Numbered from the stretch's first letter, positions 36,835 to 45,985 are shown. The stretch: 64,000 nt of DNA from an uncultured Anaerolineaceae bacterium (GCA_964621295.1 CAZULT010000003.1:70-64069), one strand, 5' to 3'. Notes: generated from the sequence alone by a model not told the origin. Translations and numbers: made by a program.

Positions 36835-38013
36835 TTACTGGATCGGCACGCATTCACACTTGTTCTCATCAAAAGAATACCCCTGGGAACTGCAGGAGGC
36901 AGAGGACTTGTTGCAGCTTTTACTACCCCCTCCATCTTTTTCTCCGCCACTCGGAATCTGGATATCAATGCAGCGGTTTGTCACCGGGGCAAAGTAGGTG
37001 CCCGGCGGGCAATTTTCCTCCGACGGTTCCAAGGGTGGCGGTTCTGTCGGGAATGGAGCATCAAGCGGCACCATCTCTTCAAATCCACAAGCCTCGATTG
37101 GGATTGAATTCGGCCCGTCGCTGGCAAGTACCTCTCCTGAACGGCCGATTGCGTAAGCAGTCCATATTACCTCGAATGACTCCCCCAAATACTCAGGATA
37201 TATGTCATTGGCTGAAGTATCGGGGTAAGCGCCACCAAAAACCTTTGTTGCCAGGGACGAGCCACCCAATCGGTTGAGAATCAGGGAGGAAGCAACAATG
37301 TATCTCCTATGATCGAATGAAACATCTACTTTTACGAAGGCAATATCATCATTTGGATCTCCAGCTGTCGCAATAAAAATCAGTGAGGGATCACCGCACC
37401 CATCCGGACCTATTCCACCATAACTCATGCTACCATCAGGCTCCAATTCAGGTGGAAAGTAATAATTTAATCTAGTTGGGACTGAAGTTGCTGAGAAAGT
37501 CAACCTCCCTGAGCTGGCATCTGGGCTGCGCTCAGGGATTTCACACTCTCCCTCATAGCCATGTGTTCCCCCATAAGAATCAACCGCACCTCTCAATTCA
37601 GGTGATTCTAGGGAAAACTCGATCACACATATTCTAATAGGCGAAGAGATTGCCCATCTACCGCGGCGTGAGGCCATTACTTGAAGATAATACTCCCCTG
37701 GTTCTTCAGGTATCCATTCGAAAATTTCACCCGTACCTCTCGGACTTTCAAAAGTTAGCGTACTGCTGCCAATTGATACACCGTTCGCGAAAAATTGCAG
37801 ACGGTTGATACGCTCAAAGATACCTTCCTGACCATCAATGAGGTTCGGATTAACACGGACAACATCTCCCAATTCAAAGACAGATCCTTCCGCTGGGCCG
37901 ATGATATTTACATAATAATCTGCGTTCACTCTTTGCGGTAAAGTACATTGACTCAAGATAATACTTATCATCAAAACTAACAAGGAAATACCCGTTTTCT
38001 TGAAGATAATCAC
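36835..38013 (-). CDS. exported lipoprotein: N-terminal Ig-like module, middle beta-domain, C-terminal Cys-rich module
   Basis: GTG start after AGGAGG. Signal ...LLVLMISIILSQC. The Ig-like module ends EWIPEEPGEYYLQVMA. The C-terminus is NCPPGTYFAPVTNRCIDIQ...CSSQGYSFDENKCECVPIQ. Confidence 0.75.
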   Translation of the reverse strand: MIIFKKTGISLLVLMISIILSQCTLPQRVNADYYVNIIGPAEGSVFELGDVVRVNPNLIDGQEGIFERINRLQFFANGVSIGSSTLTFESPRGTGEIFEWIPEEPGEYYLQVMASRRGRWAISSPIRICVIEFSLESPELRGAVDSYGGTHGYEGECEIPERSPDASSGRLTFSATSVPTRLNYYFPPELEPDGSMSYGGIGPDGCGDPSLIFIATAGDPNDDIAFVKVDVSFDHRRYIVASSLILNRLGGSSLATKVFGGAYPDTSANDIYPEYLGESFEVIWTAYAIGRSGEVLASDGPNSIPIEACGFEEMVPLDAPFPTEPPPLEPSEENCPPGTYFAPVTNRCIDIQIPSGGEKDGGGSKSCNKSSASCSSQGYSFDENKCECVPIQ

Positions 38014-38120
38014 TTTAGCCTCCTGTTTACTTGGTTAATATATTACCCTTTTGTTCGGAAGGTTTTTAACCGGAAATTCAATCGGCAAATCCTTTTTCGG
38101 ACAGAAATGGATTAGAAGGT

Positions 38121-39294
38121 TTACTGGATCGGCACACATTCACACTTGTTCTCATCAAAAGAATAACCCTGGGCGCTGCAGGCTGATGAAGACAGATTAC
38201 AACCACCACCGCCTCCACTGCCTCCACCTCCACCCCCGCCCTGGGGAATCTGGATATCGATGCAGCGATTGGTCACCGGGGTATAGTAGGTGCCAGGAGG
38301 GCAATTCTCATCGGAGGGCTCCAGGACGGGTGGTTCAGTGGGAATGGGTGCATACAACAGAATCAACTCACACGGCCCCACCGGAATGATGTGTGGTCCA
38401 TCCTGAGCCAGGATCTCACCTGAGCGCCCGATCACGTAGGCCGTCCAAGCACCTTCATTGATACTCGTCGGCTCTGCACCTAAATGAACTTCGGGGGGGC
38501 GGAAATGCTGCCACCGAATATTTTAGGAACAAGTGCAGATCCACCTTGTCGACTGAAGATTATGGTCACGGAATCAATGGGAACATACGGAACATTGATC
38601 CTGTAAGACACATCCACTTTTACAAAGGTAACATCATCATTTGAGTACTCGGTCGTACTCACAAACACGATAGTAGGATCGAGATTACAGCCTTCCGGTA
38701 CCGGTACCGGTACCACCTGATTTTCCCTTCTATGGAGGATATTCGGTATCGCAATCGTGGATATCGTCAACCGCCCAGGAAGAGCATCAGCACTTCTTTC
38801 GGGAATTTCACAATCTCCCACATAATCGCGCGTACCTTCATAAGAACCGACTTCACCTAGTTCAGGAGATGCAAGCGAATAATTGATCACGCACACTTTT
38901 ACAGGTTCAGAAATCCCCCATCTACCCCCGCGCGAGCTGTAGACCTGTAAAAAAATCCGCCCGGTTGATCTGGAATCCATTCAATGGACGCACCATGTAA
39001 TATGCTTCCCGAATATGACGCCCGACCGATCATCAACCCATTTGCAAGAAATACCAAATGATGTTCCAATTCCTCTGGTAAGGATCTTCCATCAAGGGTC
39101 ACCGCATTTACTGTAACTACTTCTCCAACACCCACAATTGCTCCTTCGTGCGGGAAAAAAATGTATGCACTATATCATGGTGGGTAGCGAGAGGTTCCGA
39201 ACAACTCTCTCTTTGCGGGAAGGGTGCATTGAGTAATTAACAGGCTTGCCAGTAGCCAAAAAACTATAATCGTGATACGTTTCTTCGAGTTCAT
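38121..39294 (-). pseudogene. disrupted tandem paralog of 36835-38013 (one in-frame TGA plus two frameshifts at 7-nt homopolymers)
   Basis: Four colinear ORF pieces align along the whole intact paralog: 39294-39175, 39135-38899, 38980-38480 and 38435-38121. There is an in-frame TGA at 39175-39177. The frame changes at the A7 run (38949-38955) and the G7 run (38493-38499). An intact GGAGG RBS and lipobox signal sit at 39294. Confidence 0.7.
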
Positions 39295-39344
39295 ACAACC
39301 TCCGGTACGCATGCCAATAATGACTGCCCAATTTGACCCATGAT

Positions 39345-41237
39345 CTAATTCATCACCTCGATCCGCATCGTGTTCTGCAAAATGGATCCGCTGTAGGTGT
39401 TGCCCAATCCATCCGACACTGGCTCCGTTACGGACAAGATGACCTCGACCTGGTGCGGCCCCGGGCTCAGCACGCCCAGCGGATACAGCCATTGGGAAAC
39501 ATAGTGGTCGCCGCTCGGTTCGATCTCGCCCCAATAATCAGCCGTGTTTTTCAATGGCTCCCCATCCAGGGAGATTTCCAGTTGTACGGCAGCCAGGAAA
39601 TCGGCTACCTGCTCGGCAGTCTGGGTCTCCCAACCCAGCGTCAAGTCAAGGGGCGTATTCACTGGTACGGAGAAATCCTTTTTGAAGATGCTCACGGATA
39701 CTGGCGCTGGCGCTGCCTCGGTGAGGCTGGTATCCGTACTTCCAGCTTCAGGACTTGAGAAGCATAGATCGGGGTTCCCCTCCGCGCAATATTCGACATT
39801 TCCTCCTACCATCGTCATCAATACTTGAGTCTTCCACAGTTCATTTGGATCCATAGTCAGGGGATTGTCGGAGAGGATGATCACATCGGCGTATTTGCCG
39901 GGCTTGAGGCTGCCCAATACATTTTCCTGTGAAACCGCATAGGCCGGCTCAAGCGTGAACATCTCCAGCGCCTTCGCCACGCTGATGCTGTGTTTTGCCA
40001 GCACCGAATCCGGCATGCACACGGTTCCATCTTCCCGGGCCTGCTGCCTGGTGACCAGGCCGTACAAATGAACGAAAGGATTTGCACTCTTTTGGGTGTA
40101 GGGATCAAAGGGATCGGAAGGCCAGGCCCAATCCATTTCGACAAAGGAGTGAACGCCCAGACCTGGTAGCGCATAGCGGTTGGTTACCCAATCCAACCGT
40201 TCAGGCCCAAATAAATAGATCCAGTCCTGATCGCATGTGCCAAAGTTTCCGCGCACAGAAGCAATGATCCCGAGGTCCACATACCGCTGTAATTGGTCTG
40301 TAGGCAGCAGACTGTTGTGTTGGATCTGGTGCCGGTAGCCTTCGTTCGATTCACCGTCGAGGGCGTATTCGATGGCGTTCAGCGTCATGATAATCGCCCG
40401 ATCACCCATCGAATGAAACGAGGCCCGAAAGCCGGCTGCCTGGATACCCGCGACGACCTGATTGAGTTCCTCCTGCGTCCAGTAGATATCACCCCATTCG
40501 TTGCCGCAGAACGCAAAATCGGCCCGGACTTCTTCCGGAAGCGGATCGGTCAGCGCCCAGCAGCCGCGCGCCGGTGAGTAGTCGCCGTCGACGAAGATCT
40601 TAATCCCCGGAATCCGTAATTTCTTATCAGCATCGAGGATAGGCCCGTTGGCCGGATACCATACCTGCATGATCGATGAACTGCCTGCCGAGTTCAGCTG
40701 GCTGTCGTTGTATTGGGGGAAAGCGTTCACGCGCAAGCGCAGCCTTTCGTTTTCTTCTGCCTGAAAAAGGAGGTCCAGAAGTGACTCATCGGCTTTTTGT
40801 TCCGTCAAACCGGTGATACCCAATGCCAGGGCAGTCTGGATGGCCTCGTCAAAGGTTCCACCCTGGCGGTCATAAAAGGCGAGAAAATGGCTGTGTCCAT
40901 CGATAAAGCCCGGCATTAACGTCCGCCCGGCGAGATCGATCACCTGCGTCTGCGGTCCGCGCGCAGTCATGACCTCTACGTCGCTGCCGACTGCCAGAAT
41001 CTTCTCGCCCTGGATGGCAAGTGCCTGCCCCTGGGGCGCTGAGGTTTCCATGGTGAGGACCACGCCATTGTGGAAGATGATGTCAGCCGGTTCTGAGCTG
41101 ACCGCAGTAGGCGGGGGAAAGGTTGTTGCGCTTTCGTCCTCGCCCCCCGATGGAACCCCGCCCGGTCGCGGTTGGAACCATCCGCAAGCTACCATCGCAA
41201 GGACAATTAACGGACCTATGAATTTGGGGGATTTCAT
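39345..41237 (-). CDS. exported amidohydrolase-3 family metallo-hydrolase lipoprotein with about 110-aa C-terminal beta-domain
   Basis: ATG at 41237 after AAGGAG. Signal MKSPKFIGPLIVLAMVAC. LMPGFIDGHSHF HxH motif, SFHSMGDRA, QIQHN. The C-terminal extension lies beyond the catalytic domain. Confidence 0.82.
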   Translation of the reverse strand: MKSPKFIGPLIVLAMVACGWFQPRPGGVPSGGEDESATTFPPPTAVSSEPADIIFHNGVVLTMETSAPQGQALAIQGEKILAVGSDVEVMTARGPQTQVIDLAGRTLMPGFIDGHSHFLAFYDRQGGTFDEAIQTALALGITGLTEQKADESLLDLLFQAEENERLRLRVNAFPQYNDSQLNSAGSSSIMQVWYPANGPILDADKKLRIPGIKIFVDGDYSPARGCWALTDPLPEEVRADFAFCGNEWGDIYWTQEELNQVVAGIQAAGFRASFHSMGDRAIIMTLNAIEYALDGESNEGYRHQIQHNSLLPTDQLQRYVDLGIIASVRGNFGTCDQDWIYLFGPERLDWVTNRYALPGLGVHSFVEMDWAWPSDPFDPYTQKSANPFVHLYGLVTRQQAREDGTVCMPDSVLAKHSISVAKALEMFTLEPAYAVSQENVLGSLKPGKYADVIILSDNPLTMDPNELWKTQVLMTMVGGNVEYCAEGNPDLCFSSPEAGSTDTSLTEAAPAPVSVSIFKKDFSVPVNTPLDLTLGWETQTAEQVADFLAAVQLEISLDGEPLKNTADYWGEIEPSGDHYVSQWLYPLGVLSPGPHQVEVILSVTEPVSDGLGNTYSGSILQNTMRIEVMN

Positions 41238-41580
41238 GACTCGCTTCTCCTTGAACAGTTTTCTATTGGTATTGGACATTTACTAATTATTGCCGGTGCT
41301 GCCTGTACTGGCAGCTTCCATGATTCGTGCGATGGGTTCTGGCAAATCGGAGGCGCCGCAAACCCGCCTTCCCCGGTAAGAAGCGCAAGGAAAAAGCCCA
41401 TGTCAATTTGATGCACACCTCATATTTCGATTAAAATTCTTCCGCAAGCCTCACCACATGATCTGAATGCGAAGTAAGGTACCGCTTCAAGCTCCACATC
41501 AAACAGCAGTCAGGAACCCCCGCACATCCACATCGCACGATAAGCCCCTGTCAGTCCTTCTAATGATCACACTGGCACGA

Positions 41581-42033
41581 TCATGGATCCGGCACACGAA
41601 ATTCCAGGATCGCAGAATGGCATTCCGGATCGCAACCAGGCCCGTTTGGGCGGAATACGCTGTAATCCGGATGGTACTCCTGAGAGGTGTTCACCCCCTG
41701 CGATTCAATCGAGACGGTCAGCTCCTCCGGGGAAAAATTCAGGAATGCAACCTGGTTTGCACCGCAGACAGATGACACGCCGGTTGTGGTCTCTCCATCG
41801 TAAACAACCGCCCCCACCCTGCAATGCACGCTGACCGTATCACGGTTCGCGCTCGTCACGCGCAGTACGAACTCGGATGGAACGCTTCCGAGGAGCTCGA
41901 TCTGGAGCGTGAAGCCGCAACCCATTGCGGTGCAGGTCTGGTCGACCGGTGGCGGTGTGGATTCTCGGGGAAGCGCCAGGCACCCAAAGGTCAGACATGC
42001 CATTACGATCAAATGCCAGGGGAGACGTTTCAT
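41581..42033 (-). CDS. small exported Cys-containing lipoprotein, unknown function
   Basis: Start chosen at MKRLPWHLIVMACLTFGC (lipobox). The ORF track start at 42072 is an alternative. No family recognised. Confidence 0.55.
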   Translation of the reverse strand: MKRLPWHLIVMACLTFGCLALPRESTPPPVDQTCTAMGCGFTLQIELLGSVPSEFVLRVTSANRDTVSVHCRVGAVVYDGETTTGVSSVCGANQVAFLNFSPEELTVSIESQGVNTSQEYHPDYSVFRPNGPGCDPECHSAILEFRVPDP

Positions 42034-42086
42034 AAGTCCCTTTCGGGGTGCAGGTATTGTTTGCCGATTCATTCTCCCTTTCTAAA

Positions 42087-42290
42087 AAAAATGCAGGCCG
42101 GATCGGTGGTCGTCGCACTGGCAGCGCCAGCACTGTTGAACGCTTCCATCTTGTAGGTATACAGACCGCTACCCGGTGGAAGATCAGCCTAGCTGGTCGC
42201 ATTTGCGCCCAAAGTCGCAAAACACTCATTAGCCTGATTCGTTGTCTGCCAGATCCGTCTGTTGTCAACAATGCCTAACTTGACCTTCAT
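42087..42290 (-). pseudogene. decayed Fn3-domain gene remnant homologous to the 3' end of 46121-47176
   Basis: The minus-strand translation reads ...IWQTTNQANECFATLGANATS*ADLPPGSGLYTYKMEAFNSAGAASATTTDPACIFF. This aligns with GWQDLASNESGYRVYRDNTVIATLGANATSYTDIPPGSGPYAYKVEAFNNIGAASAITSDGGCIF of the 46121 gene. An in-frame TAG (42189-42191) replaces Tyr, and there is an internal deletion. Confidence 0.6.
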
Positions 42291-42292
42291 TG

Positions 42293-45200
42293 CTACCGGC
42301 GTAATCCGCGAACATACATCACCAAAAAAAGGAGGATCACCCCCAGGGCGATTCCCCCCACCAGAATAATGATTACAACAAATCGTTGGCGAAGGAAATC
42401 AAGCAGGCTTTCCATGAAACCTGGCTGGGAGCTCCCCTTGATCACATTGATGGTTACTTGCATCTCATCTGCCAGCCCAACCTGATTGGTTGCCCTCAAG
42501 CTCACTATGTGCTGGCCGAGGCCAAGGTCAAAGACAGGCCATCGCAGGCCATGTCCGACGACTGTGCCATCCACAGACCATTCAAGCGCGGCATCAGGCA
42601 GTTGCCCATCCTGAAAATCACTTGCCTTTCCGGTTAACATCAGCGACTCACCCTGCACAAAGACTGCGCCTTCCAGGGGATGGAAGATGAGCGGTTGCGG
42701 CGGTTTGGGAGCCACGCTGATTCCCTCGACTTCGTCAAGACCGACGTTGAACCCATCACTGGCCTGCACGCGCACGCGCCAGCCCTCTCCGCTGCCAGGA
42801 ACGTTAGACAGATCGAGAGTGGTTTGGGTCAACTCTGTCACGCTCAGGGCTATCCAGGTTTGCCCGTCGTCAGGGCTGGCCTCTACGAGATACATCAATT
42901 CATTGCCATCAATGTCACCCGCCTCCCAGGATATTATTGCCCGGCCTGTAGCCTCCCAGCGCTCTCCCCCCGAGGGGCTTAGCAGATTGATTTGGGGCAC
43001 GGTTGACGTTACACGAAGCCTGGTCAGTTCTGTATCCTCTCTGAAAAGTACAACCTCAGACACGCCAGGCGTGATAGGCAGGTTTTCGTAAAATTGCTTC
43101 CGACCGCCCACGACGTGGGTAACCTCGAAAGGCTCAAAGCGCCTGGTGAACAGGAGGTCCCCGGCAGTGCCCCTCAGTTCCAAGCGATAGCTACCTTCGC
43201 CTTCCTGGTTGGCGGCTCCACTCGGGAGGGTGCTCTGGAAGGCTGGATCAAACACAACCGTGTCATCCGGGTAAATCTGCCCTGACAAGCGCAAAGAGTT
43301 GTTCGGGTTGAGTGACTGGGTAGCGGGATACGCTAACAGAGCAGGCGCATGGCGGTCCGTGAAATTCTGGGCTCGAACGTCGGGCGCACCAAGCCAGGCG
43401 GCTATGTTTTGCCAGGTATAAATGGAAACCCATTCAGATCCTGGAAAGTCTAACCCTCCATATGACATGAAATCGTGGGTATGAGGTCCGGGGCCAGCGG
43501 TTGGGCCGATGGCCCGCATGTCGATGACGTCAAAGCCGTAGGCGTTGGCTTCTATCGCGCCGTGAGCGTTGGGATAGCCAGGATCGTTGCCACCGCCAGT
43601 TAGTTCGCCATGAGAGGTACCGGCATGGTTAAACCCCCCGGCTGCGTGCCATGATTCTTGGGCAAGGGTAGGACCGCATGCGCCGGACCAGTATACCGGG
43701 CTGGGCAAACCAGCTCTACCTGCGCAGTCCCTGCTGGAGGACGCGCTCGTAATAATCGGAAATAAAGAGGGGTCTCCAGGGGTGACGCCTTTCGCTTGAG
43801 ATTGTGCTCTGGCTGCGGTGACGGCAGAAAACTGAGTGTCACAGTTTAATCCAGTGATCGAATCTGTATTTGGTTGCGTGTTTGATGGTGAACCTGGTAT
43901 ACAGTCCGATGCTATTCTGCGCATCCGGGCGATGCCCAAGCCATCATCGGGGATAGGCCAGGTCCGCTGGACCCAGAGAAAAGAGGTGAGCAGCTCAGCG
44001 ATCGTGGGCGAAACTCCAGGAGTTGTCGTGCCTATCGTGGCTGGATGATTCTGGATGAGGTACGGATAGAATGTCACCGCACCTGTCGGTCTGAAGCGCA
44101 CGCCGGTCAGAAAGTTCAAGTTATCTGAGTTGCAGCCGGGACACTCCGGGCGGAAGTTAGGCCCGGCAGGGTTGACCTCGATGGTAAGATTGATTATCCC
44201 TTCCTCAATCCACTCATCCGGCAGCACGAAATTCCACGATCGGGCCGCGTCCTCCCTCATTTCCGGCAGTGTCCAGGCGGGGTCTATCTCAAGCACCGGA
44301 TTTACAGGATTGAGCGGTGATCCTGGCAAAGCCGCCCCGGCCCGCGTGCCTACCAGTCGCGCGGACAGGCCACCGGTGAAGGTGCCGCTGGTTACTGCCA
44401 ACTTGGGGTAGACCCGCACGATCGTCCGCCGGTTGGCTACATGCACAGCGGTCTCTGCGATAGATAGACCGCCGCGGCTGAAGGTGGGGATATCGCCCCG
44501 CACGGCCTGAGTCACCTCTACGGCTGCGACTTGCACGTTGAAATTCTGTATCGCAGCTATGCGTACTCGCGTCGCCACGCGAAGGTTGACTGTGTCCTCG
44601 CCGAGCGCCCCATCGGCGGCATGGGCGACAGCGGTGATGGATCGCACATCAGGACTGAAAGAAGCCCTCCTCAGGAAGAAAACTACTTCTCCGGTCGCAG
44701 CGTCACGCACAAGACTGGCTCGACCCAGTAAGGAGGTGGACGATGATGTGTCTTTTTGGCTCAGCTCAACGTACTCAATGTCGGAAGTGGAGTTCACCAC
44801 ACCCCATATGTCCTGAGTCAGGCTCAGCAATTCAGAGCCTTCTGTTGGCCCTCGAATGTCCACTACCACCTCGCCCGAGGGCGGGTGTTCAGGGAGCGCG
44901 ATTTGCGTAAAGAAAAGGTGATCCAGCACCTCACCCGCTACGCCGTCGTACGAAAGTTCCAGCGACACAATCTGCGGGTTGGGGCCGCTCTGCTGTACGT
45001 ACATGCACACGTTGACAGGGGTCGGCCCCGGACCGAGCCCGACGGAGTCTGAAGCGATGCTGTGACCCTCCGCGTCCATGGCTGTCAGCGTGGCGAGTAC
45101 AGGACCATCCGTCTCTTCGTCAAGCCCGACATACATGCCCGCGCTGTTCTGGGGGTGGGTAAATTGTATGCTGACCACCTCGCCAAAACTGCCAAATTCC

Positions 45201-45985
45201 CTTCCGCCCGGATTGTGCTTGATAGCTATTGGAGGAGAGAATGCGCCCATCCCAGGCACTGTGGCGACTATCCCCACCCCCCCAGGGGATGGGATGACGA
45301 TCCCCTGAGCCGCATATGCGTCCTGCACGAGCGAGCCAGGCGGTTGATCGTCGAAATCGATAATTGTTGCTAAGGCGGGAGGGTTGCAACGCACGAGCTC
45401 CTCTCGCGGACGAAGTTGGGGTGGTTGGCCCGGCGTGGTCGGCAACTCTCGCGTGGTGATTATGGACGGATTGGATATCTCAGTCGGCTTCAGAGATGGT
45501 TCAATTGGAACAGAAGGTTCTTCGGATGGCCCTTTAGGAGGTTGAGGGGGTTGGGGAGCCGGCGGTTGGGGGGGTTCGGGAGTAGGCGGCTCGGCCTGTG
45601 GTACAACAGTGAAATTTGCATCCCGCCCGACGAAAAACTCCCCTGTGGGACAAGGTACTCCCAGACAGACCGTGATGGTGTGGTCGCCGGGCGCTGCGCC
45701 CACCGGAACAGTGAAGGGCGTGGCAAATGAACCGTTGGGGCTTATGTGAAAAGTTGACCAGTCTTGGCCATCCCAGCGAATAGTGACGTCAATGTCGCCT
45801 TGCCAATTTTCGCCGAGCAGGGTAATGCCCGCTCCGGCCGGTCCACTGATTGGGCTGACACCAAACGACGGCCCCGGTTGCATCGAAGCAGTAGAATACG
45901 CGCCCTCCGGCGGCGGCAGGATCAGCACCGCGGCCATAGTAAAGGCCAGAAACCTAACTCGAGTTTGTTTTTGAAGTACGTTCAC
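42293..45985 (-). CDS. giant exported protein (1230 aa): signal, IPT/Ig-like domain, Pro-rich linker, large unknown core, two Ig/Fn3-like domains, C-terminal TM anchor
   Basis: GTG start after GGAG. N-terminal hydrophobic signal. SPISGPAGAGITLLGENW (IPT-like). PTPEPPQPPAPQPPQPP linker. C-terminal Ig-like repeats. Terminal TM FVVIIILVGGIALGVILLFLVMY plus basic tail RGLRR. Confidence 0.8.
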   Translation of the reverse strand: MNVLQKQTRVRFLAFTMAAVLILPPPEGAYSTASMQPGPSFGVSPISGPAGAGITLLGENWQGDIDVTIRWDGQDWSTFHISPNGSFATPFTVPVGAAPGDHTITVCLGVPCPTGEFFVGRDANFTVVPQAEPPTPEPPQPPAPQPPQPPKGPSEEPSVPIEPSLKPTEISNPSIITTRELPTTPGQPPQLRPREELVRCNPPALATIIDFDDQPPGSLVQDAYAAQGIVIPSPGGVGIVATVPGMGAFSPPIAIKHNPGGREFGSFGEVVSIQFTHPQNSAGMYVGLDEETDGPVLATLTAMDAEGHSIASDSVGLGPGPTPVNVCMYVQQSGPNPQIVSLELSYDGVAGEVLDHLFFTQIALPEHPPSGEVVVDIRGPTEGSELLSLTQDIWGVVNSTSDIEYVELSQKDTSSSTSLLGRASLVRDAATGEVVFFLRRASFSPDVRSITAVAHAADGALGEDTVNLRVATRVRIAAIQNFNVQVAAVEVTQAVRGDIPTFSRGGLSIAETAVHVANRRTIVRVYPKLAVTSGTFTGGLSARLVGTRAGAALPGSPLNPVNPVLEIDPAWTLPEMREDAARSWNFVLPDEWIEEGIINLTIEVNPAGPNFRPECPGCNSDNLNFLTGVRFRPTGAVTFYPYLIQNHPATIGTTTPGVSPTIAELLTSFLWVQRTWPIPDDGLGIARMRRIASDCIPGSPSNTQPNTDSITGLNCDTQFSAVTAARAQSQAKGVTPGDPSLFPIITSASSSRDCAGRAGLPSPVYWSGACGPTLAQESWHAAGGFNHAGTSHGELTGGGNDPGYPNAHGAIEANAYGFDVIDMRAIGPTAGPGPHTHDFMSYGGLDFPGSEWVSIYTWQNIAAWLGAPDVRAQNFTDRHAPALLAYPATQSLNPNNSLRLSGQIYPDDTVVFDPAFQSTLPSGAANQEGEGSYRLELRGTAGDLLFTRRFEPFEVTHVVGGRKQFYENLPITPGVSEVVLFREDTELTRLRVTSTVPQINLLSPSGGERWEATGRAIISWEAGDIDGNELMYLVEASPDDGQTWIALSVTELTQTTLDLSNVPGSGEGWRVRVQASDGFNVGLDEVEGISVAPKPPQPLIFHPLEGAVFVQGESLMLTGKASDFQDGQLPDAALEWSVDGTVVGHGLRWPVFDLGLGQHIVSLRATNQVGLADEMQVTINVIKGSSQPGFMESLLDFLRQRFVVIIILVGGIALGVILLFLVMYVRGLRR

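Noticed and set aside
38697-38714. Triple GGTACC (KpnI-site) tandem repeat
   Set aside because: It lies inside the pseudogene reading frame and simply encodes VPVPVP. It is too short to be meaningful on its own.
39175-39177. In-frame TGA in the disrupted paralog as selenocysteine or another recoding event
   Set aside because: The position falls in a poorly conserved linker, where the intact paralog has no Cys. No SECIS-like hairpin is obvious just downstream. Two independent frameshifts in the same gene point to decay.
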